A DNA stretch of 64,000 nucleotides, taken from the NCBI GenBank assembly GCA_028826165.1, contig JAPDFW010000066.1:372001-436000 (forward strand), written 5' to 3'. Each line of letters opens with the position of its first letter. Positions within the stretch are counted from its first letter, which is position 1. Shown piece after piece: positions 36,623-50,839 of this stretch. The stretch comes from Anaeramoeba ignava BMAN (Eukaryota; Protista; Anaeramoebae). The translations under genes and the position numbers were made by a program. Under the pieces are notes generated by a model, which was not told the DNA's origin, did no database searches, and saw nothing but the letters and a program-made list of their open reading frames with translations.

Positions 36623-39600
36623 ATGAGTGATTCAAATCAAATTATTGAAGCTCAAATTAATAATTTATCTTTACAAATTCTCAAATATCATTCACTCTTT
36701 CAGAATTTTAAGAAAAAACATAGTGAAAAATTCATTTCTTATGAATCTTTAGGTGGATTTTTTGATACAGAAATTAAATTAAAAGATTTTGGAATTGAAG
36801 AATTACAAAATGAACATACAAAAAATCTTCAAATACTTGAACAAAAACAAAAAGATTTAGATTTATCAACTCAAAAAAGAAGTGAATTTGAAGAAACTAT
36901 TAAAGCCCTTCAAAGTGTAAATTTTAATATTCAATTTATTAAACAATTTATTAAATAATTTATTATTCAATTTATTATTCAATTTATTAAATAATTTATT
37001 AAATAATTTATTAAATAATTTACTATTCAATTTATTATTCAATTTATTATTTAATTTATTAAATAATTTATTATTCAATTTATTAAATAATTTATTATTC
37101 AATTTATTAAATAATTTATTAAATAATTTACTAAATAATTTATTAAATAATTTACTAAATAATTTATTTTAAATAAATTTATTTAAATAATTTTAAATTA
37201 TTTTCAATTTATTATTCAATTTTATTATTCAATTTATTATTCAATTTATTATTCAATTTATTATTTATTCAATTTATTATTCAATTTACTATTCAATTTA
37301 TTATTCAATTTATTATTCAATTTTATTATTCAATTTATTATTCAATTTAATTTATTATTCAATTTATTATTCAATTTATTATTCAATTTATTATTCAATT
37401 TATTATTCAACCAATTTATTATTCAATTTATTATTCAATTTATTATTTATTATTCAATTTATTATTCAATTTATTATTCAATTTTATTATTTCAATTCAA
37501 TTTATTATTCAATTTATTATTCAATTTATTATTCAATTTATTATTTAATTTATTATTCAATTTATTATTCAATTTATTATTCAATTTATTATTCAATTTA
37601 TTATTCATTCAATTTATTATTCAATTTATTATTCAATTTATTATTCAATTTATTATTATTCAATTTATTATTCAATTTATTATTATTTATTAATTTATTA
37701 TTCAATTTATTATTCAATTTATTATTCAATTCAATTTATTATTCAATTTATTATTCAATTTATTATTCAATTTATTTCAATTTATTATTTAATTTATTAT
37801 TCAATTTATTATTCAATTTATTATTCAATTTATTATTTTAATTTATTATTTATTATTCAATTCAATTATTTTCAATTTATTTATTCAATTTATTATTTAA
37901 TTTATTAAATAATTTATTATTCAACAATTTATTATTCAATTTATTATCCAATTTATTATTCAATTTATTATACAATTTATTATTCAATTTATTATTCAAT
38001 TTATTATTCAATTTATTATTCAATTTATTTATTCAATTTATTTATTATTCAATTTATTCAATTTATTATTCAATTTTATTTTAAAAATTTTATTTAATTT
38101 ATTATTCAATTTATTATTTAATTTATTATTCAATTTATTATTTATTCAATTTATTATTCAATTTATTATTCAATTTATTATTCAATTTATTATTCAATTT
38201 ATTATTCAATTTATTATTCAATTTATTATTCAATTTATTATTTAATTTATTATTCAATTTATTATTCAATTTATTATTCAATTTATTATTATTCAATTTA
38301 TTATTCAATTTATTATTCAATTTATTATTCAATTTATTATTCAATTTTTTATTATTTTTATTTTATTTATTATTTAATTTATTATTTAATTTTTATTTAA
38401 ATTTATTTATAAATTTATTATTCAATTTATTATTTAATTTATTATTCAATTTATTATTCAATTTATTATTTAATTTATTATTCAATTTATTATTCAATTT
38501 ATTATTCAATTTTTACAATTTAATTCAATTTATTATTTATTTAAATTTTAAAATTTAATTTACTATTCAATTTATTATCCAATTTATTAAATAATTTATT
38601 ATTTAATTTATTATTCAATTTATTATTCAATTTATTATTCAATTTATTATTCAATTTATTATTCAATTTATTATTCAATTTATTATTCAATTTATTATAA
38701 TTTATTATTCAATTTATTATCCAATTTATTATTCAATTTATTATTCAATTTATTATTTAAATTTATTATTTAATTTATTATTCAATCTAAATAATTTATT
38801 ATTCAATTTATTATTCAATTTATTATTCAATTTATTATTCAATTTATTATTCAATTTATTATTCAATTTATTATTCAATTTATTATTTAATTGTAAATTT
38901 AATTGTAAATTTAAAAAAGATTAATGAACCAGAAAAACAAAAAGAATATTTACAAAATATCTTCCAAGCACTTGAAGAAGAAGAACAAGATTTAAAAGAA
39001 AAAGTAAATCAAGTTAGAATGCAAAAAGAACAAATGGAACTTGAAAACAATCAACAAAAAGAATTAAATCAACAAGAAATTGATTTACTTGTACTTTCAA
39101 AAAAACAAAATGAAGAAATGATAAAAGAAACAACTGAACAAATCCAACAAGTAATTGAAGAAAGAAAACAATTGAAAGAAAAAATGAATGAAACTTCCAA
39201 AAAAGAAAATCAAGAAAGAACAGAAGAAGAAAAACAAATGCTTGAAAATTTAGAAAAAGAAATGGAAGAACTTAAAAAGAAAAATCATTCTTTAAATTTC
39301 AAACTTTTTGATCTCAAAAAACAATTTAATGATTTAGAACAAAATTTTGATGACTTAACTAATGAAAACTCAGATTTACAATTTAAAAGGCAAGAATGTG
39401 AAAAAGATCTTCAAAAAGCTCGAGAAATGGAAAAGAGTTTTCATATTATCAAATCTGAATTAGTTGAAATGAAAAAAGAATATCAAAAAAAAATTAAAGA
39501 AAATGAAGAATTGAATAAAAAAATTATTGAAAATTCTGGATTGATTGAAAAAACACCAATTGTTACAGGTAATCCTAATACTACTTTATATGTTGGTTTT

Positions 39601-39672
39601 CCTACTCTTATTATTGGTACATTTTTAGTTGTTAAAACTTTTAAACTGATTACTTTTAATACAAAAAAATAA
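36623..39672 (+). CDS. Coiled-coil protein with C-terminal hydrophobic anchor (golgin-like); intron 36917-38919
   Basis: Exon 1 is 36623-36916 (..ALQS|gtaaat). Exon 2 starts at 38920 (aag|INEPEK) in frame with ORF 39019. C-terminal LYVGFPTLIIGTFLVV. Confidence 0.65.
36930..38890. repeat. Intronic 12-bp satellite (attcaatttatt)n
   Basis: About 2 kb tandem array. Confidence 0.95.
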
Positions 39673-39921
39673 TTTTTTTTAATCCACAAACAAGAAATCA
39701 AAATTAATTCCCAAACAAGAAATTAACAAAAACAAAAAAAAAATTTTTTTTCTTTTCTTTTCAACATTTTTTTTCTTTCATCCAAAGTTTAATTTTTTCA
39801 TCAAAACAAAATTTTTTTTTTCAATTAAAAAAACCAAAAAAATCAAAAATTCATTTTTTTCTTTTTTTTTTATTAAATTTGTTTTTTTGAAAATGAAAAT
39901 TAAAAATTTGTTTTGTGAAAA

Positions 39922-42900
39922 TTAAAATTCATCTTTTGAAGATAAATAGGGTAAAAGAAGTCTTTTCAATTTCATCAAAGATTTAGATAATTTCAGATGA
40001 AGAGGTTTTGTTTGAACTGTTACGAGTTTTTCATGAATTTTCAAACCTTTTTCCAAAATATTCAATTGTTTTCTAAGAGCATTTTTAAGTTTAATCAAAA
40101 AAGAAGCATGAGAAGGATTTTCATGGATATAATTATCATATAAGAAAGCTTCTTTGTAATTCATAACGCCGCCATTAACAGCAGCATTAATAACACCTTG
40201 AAGAAGCATTGAAAAGGGGGAAGTTTGTTGTTGAGACATTTTGGAATATAATTTATTAGCCTCGTTGATTTCTTGATTCTTTTTTTCAATTGATATAATT
40301 GCTGTTTCAATTGGTGTTGTTTCAACTACTAATTTTTTTATTACTTCAACTCTTCTTCTAAATGTTGGCAGTTTTTCTTTTGGATAAAGATATACTTTTT
40401 TTAACCATAAATCTTTGAATTCATTTTCGCTTTTTGTATCGTTTTTGCGAAATGGTGTTGAATGAAGAAATACTTGAATGTTAGAGTTTTTGCGATAATT
40501 AGAAATGAAATCGGGAATTTCCTCATCAAAAATATTTTCATTTCCCTTTTAATTATATAAATATAATTATAAATATAAATATAATTTTAAATAAATTTAA
40601 TTATAAAAATATATTTTTTTATCTTACTTCAATTTCCTCTAAAAAAACAGGATTTATTGCCGCAACTTGAATGTATTTCCCATCACTATCAATAATTTCT
40701 TGAGTTGGATCTTTAGAAGTAATTTGAGTTGAAGGATATTTTTCTTGGAGTTTTTCAACAAAACCAGAAAGTAAATCAAAATGATCTGCGCGATAAATAT
40801 ATTCCTTATTTTTGCAATTAAAATATTTTTCATCTTCAAAACCTTTTCCATAAAATCCAATTCTAAAATATTTTGGGAACGTTCTTCCTGGTGTGGGAAT
40901 CTGGGAAATGTATTCAATCTCTTTTGATAAAGTGAGACAATATGAATTAAAATCATAGTTAATTTTCTCATAAAAATCCTTTAATTTTCTTGTTAATTCA
41001 ACCGCTTTTTCCCAATTTTGCGCTTTTTCAAATGAATCAATAGAAAGTTTTAAAACTCTTTCTTTTCTTTTTTCAAAACTTTCGGCTGGAAATTCAAATT
41101 CTTCTGGAAGTTGCTTTTGGGAATCCCAATCCAGAAGCTCTGAATAATCATTAAGTGAGAATCCTGCTTCTAAATAGTTGTTTTTGCTAATATTCAGATT
41201 GTATGCCATGTGCAAATATCTCAAGATCATTAAATATTGTTTTTGGTTTCTTAAATATTCAACTAATTCCGCAATCAATTCTAATCTTTCATCTTCAAAT
41301 TCTGGGTTTGCTTGGAATTTCTTAATTAAGGATATTTTGGAAATGATTCTTTTCATTGTTTCTAAAAATTGGAATCCCTATTAAAAATGGTATTTAGAAA
41401 ATTTGTTTTTCAGTTTTAAATTTTGAATTGCAAAAAATTTTTTTTTTCACCTTTTCTTTTAATTTAATGTTCTGTGCAAATTTTTTCGACATTTCAGTGA
41501 AAAATCGTGCTTCAAATTTGGGATAAGCACCATTTTCAATAACATCATCCAAAACCGACAAAGTATGAAACTCAATGGTCTTAAATTCGCCAGTTTTGTC
41601 AAATTCAATTTCGATCATTGAGAAATAAATGTCAAGAGAAACGGACTGGAAAAAGGATTTTTCAAGAAGAATTAGAGAAAGAATGTTTGTTGAAATGGAG
41701 GAGATTAATTGTATTTTTTCTGGGTTAAGTAAGTCCCAATTCTTCTGAATAATATGAGCAATTTCAAAACGCATATCGCCAAATCTCTGGAACAAATCGA
41801 TCAGATTATCTTGAGATAGCGCTTCGATTTGTAATTTTGGTGTTTGAATTAACAACGAGAGTAAATTAAAATATTCCGACCATAAATCGCGATATATGCG
41901 AATATCCTGGAAGCATCTTTGCAAAACAGAAGTAAATTGTCTTGCAATTTTTAAAGTAATTGAATAATATTGAAGCTCCATAATTTCCCAGCTTGGCAAA
42001 ACTGTGCTTTCGGTGATAATGTGCTTTAAGATTTGGAAGACATCAATTAATAAATTTGCTTGTCTCATTTCATTTTTGGAATAAATGGCAAGAAATTGTT
42101 GAACTTCTGTGGGTTTGAGTCTTTGGAAAAAAGAAAGAAAAATTGAAACAAGTCGGATTTGTAAGTCTTTTCTACTGTAAATAAAGTGATCTTCTTCCTC
42201 GAGATTGTCCTCGTTTTTGTCTTGATTTGGGGATTTGTTTTCATTAGTTTTTTCATCTTGTCCTTCATTTTCATGTGCCTGAATTTCAGCAAGATTGTGT
42301 CTTATTGCCTTGATTAAAAGCTGCGGCAATTTGGTTAATTCAAGTGCGCCTGAATAGGTTGAAAAGGTGTCTGTTTTATATTTGTATGCTTCGATTGAGT
42401 TGAGAATGTTGTAAATGATCTCTGTGGATTTTTCAAGTTCTGATTGTCCTAAATACATGATTTTTTGGATGTGTTGAAACAATAAAGGAATTGTTGCTTT
42501 TCGTTTTTTTGCTGTTTCCATTAGGATTCCCTTGGAAATATCATTTAGTAAAGAGATCTTGGCAGCATCTAAAGTTCCTCTTCCTGATCCAATATTTTGA
42601 AACAATCTAATATGATTTCAAAAAATAAATATATAAATATAAATATAAATATAAATACAAATACAAATTTAAATATTTCAAATATAAATAAATGAAAATT
42701 TAACTGATTAATAAATTTGCAAATTTGGTAAATATCAAAAAGTTTATCAAGTTCAACAAAAACACTGTAGCAATTTTTCAACGCAAATGTCTGAGCTCCA
42801 ATAACCCATTGCGGTTCCATAATTAAAAATGAAGCAAAAAGATCGTCCATTAATTGCGATAAAGAATTTCGATCATTTTTCAGTGTTTCTTGAATTTCAT

Positions 42901-45478
42901 TTTGTTCATTTTTGGTTTTTAATTCATGAGTCATTGAAAACACAATAAATTGAACAGCAAATCCTAACCCCTTCATTGCGCTCCGATTAAAACTTGGATC
43001 CTCGCTATTTTGCAAAAGTTGGAAATTTTGTCTTAAACATTCAACAAAGTATCCATGAAGCGAATTGAAGTATTCTTGTTCTTTGGAAATTGTTTTCATT
43101 CTTGAATTTAAATAGTCTTCAATAATGGGATAAAATTCTTCTTGTTGAATATCCATTGGTGGAGAAACAAGAAATATAAACGCTTTAAAAATCTCTGAAG
43201 CACAATCCTTTCCGTGTTGGTGTAGTACCTGAAATAGATTATCTAAGATTCTACCAATAAACTTTAAAGAAAACAGAATGAGAAAAAAAAAATTTGTTGT
43301 TGTTTTTTGTTTTTAAAAATGATATATATTCCAAAGTTTGTTTTTTGTTTACTGGGAAATAATCGTCTCTTTCCATATTTTTTATCAAATGAATTAAATC
43401 GTTCAATTTTCTTGGATTGTCTGCATATAATAAACGCCAATTAAAGAAATTCATCAGAATAGTGTTTTGAGGAATTATTGTTGAGCAAATGTTGAAATTA
43501 ATTGTCAATTCATCTTTTTGTAAAACTTTTTCCTTTAAAAGTAGTTGTGGTTTTAAGTAAACTTTTGGATCAGTTTTTTGATGAAATTTATAAAGAGTGA
43601 TTTTATGGTTTCCTTGTTGCAAAATCTTCTCTTTTTCATTGAAATATAAGAATCCATACGCAAATTTTTTATCAGGAGTTTCTAAATAACAAAGAAAAAA
43701 AAAAGGTATTGTGAATAATTGAGTTGTTTTTGCTCTTAAAAAAATTTTGATTAATAAAATATACTTGGATTCCCAACACAATTAAATAGCTCAAAGAAAA
43801 TATGAGCCTTTGAAAATTGTTCAAAGGACATATTGACGCGGAATGTCTCGTTGAACTGGGGATTTGCTTTATGGTAATAAACAAGACTTGAAAACTCATT
43901 CATTGAAGACAATCCATTTCCTGCAAAAATACAATTTTGGATGACTTGTCCTTTTTCTTGTCGGACTGTAGTTTTGATAAGAATGTTTTTTGATTTGCAT
44001 GATGGGAAGTCTCCATTGATTGTTGTGATAAAGATGTTGTTAAAATTAGAAGTTGGAAAAATTATTCGTGGTAATCTCATATTATTTGTTTTAACAATTG
44101 ATTCATTTTCTGGATTTTCAAGCATCATTTGTTGAGTTAAAACTCTGAGACTAATCTTGATATTTTGTGGTTTTTTTTCAATTCTTGGATCGTTGTTTAA
44201 AATTACTTTATATTTTTTTGATATTTTTTTTTTGATTTAAAATTTAGAAAAGAAAAATTGAAATGAAACAAATTATTATTAAATGTTTACATTTCAAAGC
44301 ATCAGGAAATAATGCATCAATTGCAAAAGTATAAACATCCAAAGTAAATGATGTTAAATTTTTGAGGCATTGATTCAAAATATTGCTTGTAATTTGAAGA
44401 AAGGAAAATCCAAATGGTCGACGATAAAACGGTATTTCTTTCATTGATTTAACTTTAACTTTTTTCTCTTTAAAAACAAGTGGACCTTTACGAATAAATT
44501 GGCAAACTAAATATAAATCTTGAGTATCATTTGAATCAAGATCCTAATTTTTTAAAATGGAAAATAAATTTTTTTTTTCCATTTTAAATTTGTAAATAGA
44601 GAATGAATTTACAAGGAATATTGTTTGAAGTCGATGTGAGATTAAAGTTCCTTCATCAGATAAAAAGACTCCAAAATCTTCCGAAATCATTTTATTTGTA
44701 CTTAAATTAAATAGGGAGAAATATAATTCGAAATTTTCTTTAACTGGAATTTGAGCAGACTAAACAAATTTGTTTTTAAATTAAAAAATTTTCAAATTAA
44801 AAAAAAAAATCACAAGAAGAATTTACTTCAAATTTTAAAAGTATATGATTTAATTCTTCTTTTGGTTTTGATTGTAATTTTTCTGTTTGACTTCTTTGAT
44901 AAATTTGGCATAATTGAAAAATGTTTTGATTTTCTTCTGTTGCTAAATTTTGATTATCAGTTCTAAATTGTTCAGAGTTTCCCATAATTTGATTAATTTT
45001 AGTGAGTAATTCAACAAGATTTTTTCTAACAAGTAATTTCTCTTCCTTTAAATAAATAATAAATTAATAATAAATTATAAATTATAAATGAATTAATTTT
45101 ACAATTAAATTTAAATTCAAAAACTGTTTTCTTAAGATCAAAATTTGTTTAACAATCTTAAAAAATTGAGTAATTAATTGAGTTTTTTTCAATTTATTCA
45201 TTTTTTGAATGAAATTTTGCCAAATAGGAATTGAATTATCCAATTCGATAATAATTTGATCAGCTTGAGAAAAAGGATGAATTGCGTCATTATCTAGCAT
45301 TTGTTTTGTTGGAGCTGTTGTTGTAATCCAAATGAAATTTGATGGAAATAATCCTGTTCTTCCTGTTTCTATTGAAACACCTAAAAACCACCCTAAAATT
45401 TCTTGTTTAATTTCAACTGGTTCACCAAATTTTAATGGAATTTGGTTGTTGTTTTGTGGAATAAAAGGAAATAAAGCT
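39922..45478 (-). CDS. DOCK-family (DOCK180-like) Rac GEF: SH3, C2/DHR1, ARM, DHR2; multi-exon; first exon not located
   Basis: SH3 at ~45478-45330 (ALFPF...LKFGEPVEI...GWFLG...TGLFPSNFI). DHR1 motif SLVYYHKANPQFNETFRV. DHR2 motifs YFRIGFYGKGF, NKEYIYR and MLLQGVINAAVNGG. Confidence 0.85.
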
Positions 45479-45494
45479 TTTTGTTTTTGAAAAT

Positions 45495-46530
45495 GAATTA
45501 TTTTTTAAATTATTTTTTAAATTATTTTTTAAATTGTTTGAATAATTTTGTTTTAAATTATTTGAATAATTTTGTTTTAAATTGTTTTAAATTGTTTTAA
45601 ATTATTTTGTTTGCTTTGAATTATTGTTTTAAATTGTTTTGAATTGTTTTAAATTATTTTAAATTGTTTTAAATTGTTTTAAATTATTTTGTTTGCTTTG
45701 AATTATTGTTTTAAATTGTTTTGCTTTAAATTGTTTTAAATTGTTTTAAATTGTTTTAAATTGTTTTAAATTGTTTGGAATAATTGTTTTAAATTATTTT
45801 AAATTGTTTGAATAATTTTGGAATAATTGCTTGTTTGAATTGTTTTAAATTGTTTTAAATTATTTTTTAAATTATTTGAATAATTTTGTTTTAAATTGTT
45901 TTAAATTGTTTTAAATTGTTTTAAATTGTTTTAAATTGTTTTAAATTATTTTGGAATAATTGGTTGTTTGAATTGTTTTAAATTGTTTTAAATTGTTTTG
46001 GAATAATTTTGTTTTAAATTGTTTTGAATTGTTTTAAATTGTTTTGGAATAATTGTTTTAAATTGTTTTGGAATAATTTTGGAATAATTGTTTTAAATTA
46101 TTTTGTTTTAAATTGTTTTAAATTTTTAAATTAAATAATTTTTAAATTGTTTTATTTTGGAATAATTTTGTTTGTTTTAAATAATTTTTTTTTTAATTGT
46201 TTTAAATTTTTTTGTTTTAATTTTGTTTTAAATAATTTTTTTAAATTTTTTTAATTAATTTTGTTTGGAATAATTGTTTTTTAAATTGTTTTTGTTTTTA
46301 AATTGTTTTAAATTGTTTTTAAAAATAAATTATTTTTTGTTTTTAAATTGTTTTTAAATTGTTTTAAAATTTTAAATTTTTTAAATTATTTTAAATTGTT
46401 TTAAAATTGTTTTTAAATTATTTTGTTTGCTTTGAATTATTTGTTTGGAATAATTGTTTTAAATTATTTTGGAATAATTGCTTGTTTGAATTGTTTTAAA
46501 TTATTTTGAAAAATTGTTTGAATTGTTTTT
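45495..46530. repeat. 10-bp (ttgttttaaa)n degenerate satellite
   Basis: Tandem units immediately upstream of the DOCK SH3 exon. Possibly intronic. Confidence 0.85.
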
Positions 46531-47100
46531 AAATTGTTGAAAAATTTTAAAAATTTTAAATTTTTCTAAATCAAAGGAATAATTGTTTTGTTTGAATAAT
46601 TTTTGTTTTTTTTTTGTTTGAAGAATTTTTAAAAATTTTTTAAATTTTTTTGTTTTTTGTTTTTTTTTTTAAATTGTTTTAAATTGTTTTTGTTTTTTTT
46701 CTTTTAAATTATTTTTTTCTTTTGTTTGAATTTGTTTTAAATTTTTTAAATGAATAAACAAAATAAAAATCAAATAAAAAGCAAAAATAAATCTAAAATC
46801 GGACAACAAAATTGAATCAAAAACAAATTAAAAACAAATTAAAAACAATTCAAAAAAAAAATGAAAAATGAAAAATTTAAATTATAATTTTTGTTTTTAA
46901 AAAGAAAATTTTAAAAATTTTTCTATTTTCTTTTTCTTTCATTTTCATTATCTTCTTTTGAAATTGAATTTTGAACTTCTTTTTATCATTTTAGTTAAAC
47001 AAAATAAAATTTAAAAAAAAAATCGGACAATAAAATTGAATCAAAAACAAATTAAAAACAAGAATCAAAAATTGAAAAGAGGAATCAAAATTAAAATTAA

Positions 47101-48699
47101 ACTGAAATTGAATTTGAACAAAATATAATTTGCAAAAATCAAATTAAATTTAAACAAGAATCAAATTCAAAACAATTAAAAGAGAATTCAAAACAATTAA
47201 AGAATTCAAAGCAATTAAAACAATCAGCAAAATTAAAACAATCAACAAAATTAAACGAGAAATCAAAATTAAAAAATTCAAAACAATTAAAACAATCAGC
47301 AAAATTAAACGAGAAATCAAAATTAAAAGAAAAATCAAATTCAAAACAATTAAAAGAGAATCCAAAATTAAAAAATTCAAAACAATTAAAACAATCAGCA
47401 AAATTAAAACAATCAACAAAATTAAACCAATTAACAAAATTAAAACAATCAACAAAATTAAAGAGTAAAGACTCAAAAGAAATAGAAATATTTGGAGACA
47501 AATTTCAAGAAAAGGAAATCAAAAAAATCAATCCATTTCCAGATTATCAAGAATTATCCAAAAAACTGGAAGAAATAAACCTCAAAATTGAGGAATCAAA
47601 AGAACTTTTTGGAGATAATGGAAAATATATATCAATGTTATCAGATCTATTTGAAGACACAAAAATAACAAAAAGATTTGAAATCACACCAGTTTCAGAT
47701 TTTCAATCATTACGCAAATCATTTCGGAAAAGCTTTGATGAATTAATGACACACCAAGATTTTGTAATCGTGAAATTAGAAGAAGAAAAAGAACTAAATT
47801 CAAAAGCAAAAGCAAAATCAAATAAATTTGTTTATCCACCAGTTATTTCAAGAAAATATTGCGAAGAAAATGGGTTGTGTAAGAATTTTTTTCTTAAAAG
47901 CTATTGTGCAGATTTAAACTGCGAGTTAAAGCATCCAAAGCAATTCCAAAGATGTCCGAATTTGGACAAACCGGAAGGATGCACGAATAAGAATTGCAAA
48001 TATAACCATCCAAATCCATTAAATTCGGATCATTTAATACATTTAACCGATAAGTTGCTAAAATTGGAGTTGATTCCGAAAATTAAATTCAGAACAGTGA
48101 ACCATGGAATCCAAAAAAAAGAATGTGAAACTTGGAAACACATGGGAATTTGCTATAATTTAAACTGTCCTTACGAGCACAGAGAACGAGCAAACCAAGA
48201 TTCCAATAAATTTAAAGACTATGAAAGTTCCTCGAAAAATTTCACTTTGAGAGAACCAACAAAAACTGAAAATTTTATGGTTATGAATTTATGGGATATT
48301 CAATCAGATTATAAGACATCCCGTAAAATTAAGTCAATCAAAATTATTGAAAATAGTTATCTTTATTCAAGACATTCTTTTATCATCGAAGATGCACAAA
48401 GAAAACAGATCTTCGAAGGTTTGCTTTGGGGTTTCCATGGCACTTCAAAGGATGCTGTTGATGGAATTTGCAGAAATGGATTTTTGGAGAATAAACAACT
48501 TAGAAATCTTTATGGAAAAGGTACTTATTTTGCTAGAAGTCCAGATGTTTCCATTGGATATTGCGATGATTCTCATAATATTTTTTTATGCAGATTGTGC
48601 ATGACTAAGGATGGTTATATTTATAACGAAAATCTCCAATACTATATCATTCCTGATGTTAAAAAACTTAGGCCTTATGCTTTAATTAAATTTTTTTAA
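47101..48699 (+). CDS. CCCH zinc-finger + PARP/ART catalytic domain protein (start uncertain; ATG at 47635, frame open from 47101)
   Basis: Three CCCH fingers (CKNFFLKSYCADLNCELKH, CPNLDKPEGCTNKNCKYNH, CETWKHMGICYNLNCPYEH). ART motifs FHGT..ICRNGF and YGKGTYFARSPDVSIGYC. Confidence 0.8.
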   Translation, partial: TEIEFEQNIICKNQIKFKQESNSKQLKENSKQLKNSKQLKQSAKLKQSTKLNEKSKLKNSKQLKQSAKLNEKSKLKEKSNSKQLKENPKLKNSKQLKQSAKLKQSTKLNQLTKLKQSTKLKSKDSKEIEIFGDKFQEKEIKKINPFPDYQELSKKLEEINLKIEESKELFGDNGKYISMLSDLFEDTKITKRFEITPVSDFQSLRKSFRKSFDELMTHQDFVIVKLEEEKELNSKAKAKSNKFVYPPVISRKYCEENGLCKNFFLKSYCADLNCELKHPKQFQRCPNLDKPEGCTNKNCKYNHPNPLNSDHLIHLTDKLLKLELIPKIKFRTVNHGIQKKECETWKHMGICYNLNCPYEHRERANQDSNKFKDYESSSKNFTLREPTKTENFMVMNLWDIQSDYKTSRKIKSIKIIENSYLYSRHSFIIEDAQRKQIFEGLLWGFHGTSKDAVDGICRNGFLENKQLRNLYGKGTYFARSPDVSIGYCDDSHNIFLCRLCMTKDGYIYNENLQYYIIPDVKKLRPYALIKFF

Positions 48700-48801
48700 A
48701 CAGAATTTTCTTTTCTTTTCTTTTCTTTTCTTTTTATTTGAATTGGATTGATTTGATTTAAGGAATGGAAGTAAAATTTTTATTTGATTTACATTTTGGA
48801 A

Positions 48802-50779
48802 TTAAAAAATTAAACAATTTTCTTTTTTACTTTTTTTTTCTTTCTTTTTTTCTTTTTTACTTTTTTGATTTTGATTATTAAATTTGATAATTAATAAATC
48901 AAATAAATTTGGATATGTTTGATTTAATTGAAAATAATCAATTCCAATTTGAATTTCATCAATAATTTCTTGTGTAATTTTAATTTCATCTTTAATTTGA
49001 TTTGAATAAATCCAATATTCAAATATTTGAAATGATTTATTACTTAATTCACTATAATCTGTAACTTTATTAGATTTATCATTTGTTACAGATAAAAACA
49101 TTCCTCGATATAATTCACTTCTCATTATTAATATTAATTTGGGAAATTTATATTGTTTTTCTTTTCTTTCAATTATAAAATCTTTTTCATTTTCATTTTC
49201 ATTTTCATTTAAATAAATTCTTTTAATTGTTTCTTCAATTTTTTCATTTAAATTTATAATTTCTTTAATTTCTGAATATAATTTTGGATTTATTTTGAAA
49301 TTATTTGAATAAATCATTTCAAATATTTGATTTGATTCTTTAATTGATTTTTTTGAAATAATTTCTTTAAGTTTTTCAATTTCATTTTGATTTTGATTTA
49401 ATCTATATTTCAATATTAATTTATGAGCTTCAATTATTTCTCCATTTTTGGTTTTAAATGAAATATCACAAAATTCTTTTCTTTGATAAAGTTTTATCAA
49501 ATCTTCTTCAATATTGGAAAAAGAAGGAGAATAATAAAGAAATGATTTCCAATCTCCACAAGAAAGATGATAATTGGGAATATCTTCATTAAATCTTAAT
49601 TTAGGAAGTTTTATTTGAATAGGAACTAATTTGTATTTTGTATTTCCAGTTCCTAATTCACCATATTCATTTAATCCAAACGATATTAATTTTCCTTTAG
49701 TTGTTAAAATCAAAGTATGATAAACACCAACAGAAAAATCAAGAATATCATTATTATTTTCAAATAAAGATGATTTGATTTCAGTAAATTCATAAATATC
49801 TTTATATTTGCCAAGTCCATTATATTCACCTATTCCACATGAATAAACTTTTCTTTTTGGATTTTCATTTTCATTTTCATTTTCAATCAACATTATTGAA
49901 TGAAAAAATCCACATTGAATATCAATTATTTTGCCTTTTGGAATATTTTGTATTTTGGGTTAATTTTTGAATTATTCCATCTTTTCTTGATTCTCCTAAT
50001 CCAAGTTGACCATATTCATTATTTCCGCATCCAAATAATTCTTGATTTAAATTTAAAAGAAAAATATTATTTGAAGAATTTCCTGTAAATATTTTAGAAA
50101 CATTTTTCATTATTAAAATTGGTTTTTCTGTTTTTGTAAGTATTCCAGAATCAAATCCAAGTTGACCATAATAATTTGAACCAATTCCATAAGCATTTTG
50201 ATTTGAAGTTAATAAATAAATCGAATTTCTTCCAGAAACAATATCTTCAATTGTTCTATCATTTGTATCTTCAATTAATGATGAAATATTAATAAATTCT
50301 TTTGTATTTTCTGAATTAATCTCTTTTCCTTTGGCAAATACATTTCCTTCTATTGTTAAAATAGCTTCATTTTGATAACCAACAGTTACTTTTTGAATAT
50401 TTTCTTCAATTTGGATTTTTGAAGGATTTTGATTTGAATAATTTTCATTTAAATATTCTATTGCTTTTCCATTTTTAAAAAGGAAAATTGTTCCAGAATA
50501 ACCTGATGAAATTTGTTTAATTTGTTTTTCATTTTCATTTTCATTTTCATTTTCATTTTCATTTTCATTTTCATTTTCATTTTCATTTTCATTTTCATTT
50601 TCATTTTCATTTTCATTTTCATTTTCATTTTCATTTTCATTTTCATTTTCATTTTCATTTTCATTTTCATTTTCATTTTCATTTTCAAATTTAAATTGAA
50701 TTGGTTTTGTTATTTTTTCTGGTTCATTTTTGAAAAGTTTTGGATATTCATTTAAACCAAAAAATATAATTTCATTCAT
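48802..50779 (-). CDS. RCC1-BTB protein, copy 8 (one frameshift near 49960; long EN tract), CLIF end
   Basis: ORFs 49922..50779 and 48802..49893. (gaaaat)n expansion at ~50528-50686. Confidence 0.8.
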
Positions 50780-50839
50780 TTTTGAAAAGAAAAAAATGAA
50801 AAAAATGAAAAATAATTTTTGGAATTTTAATTTTAATTT

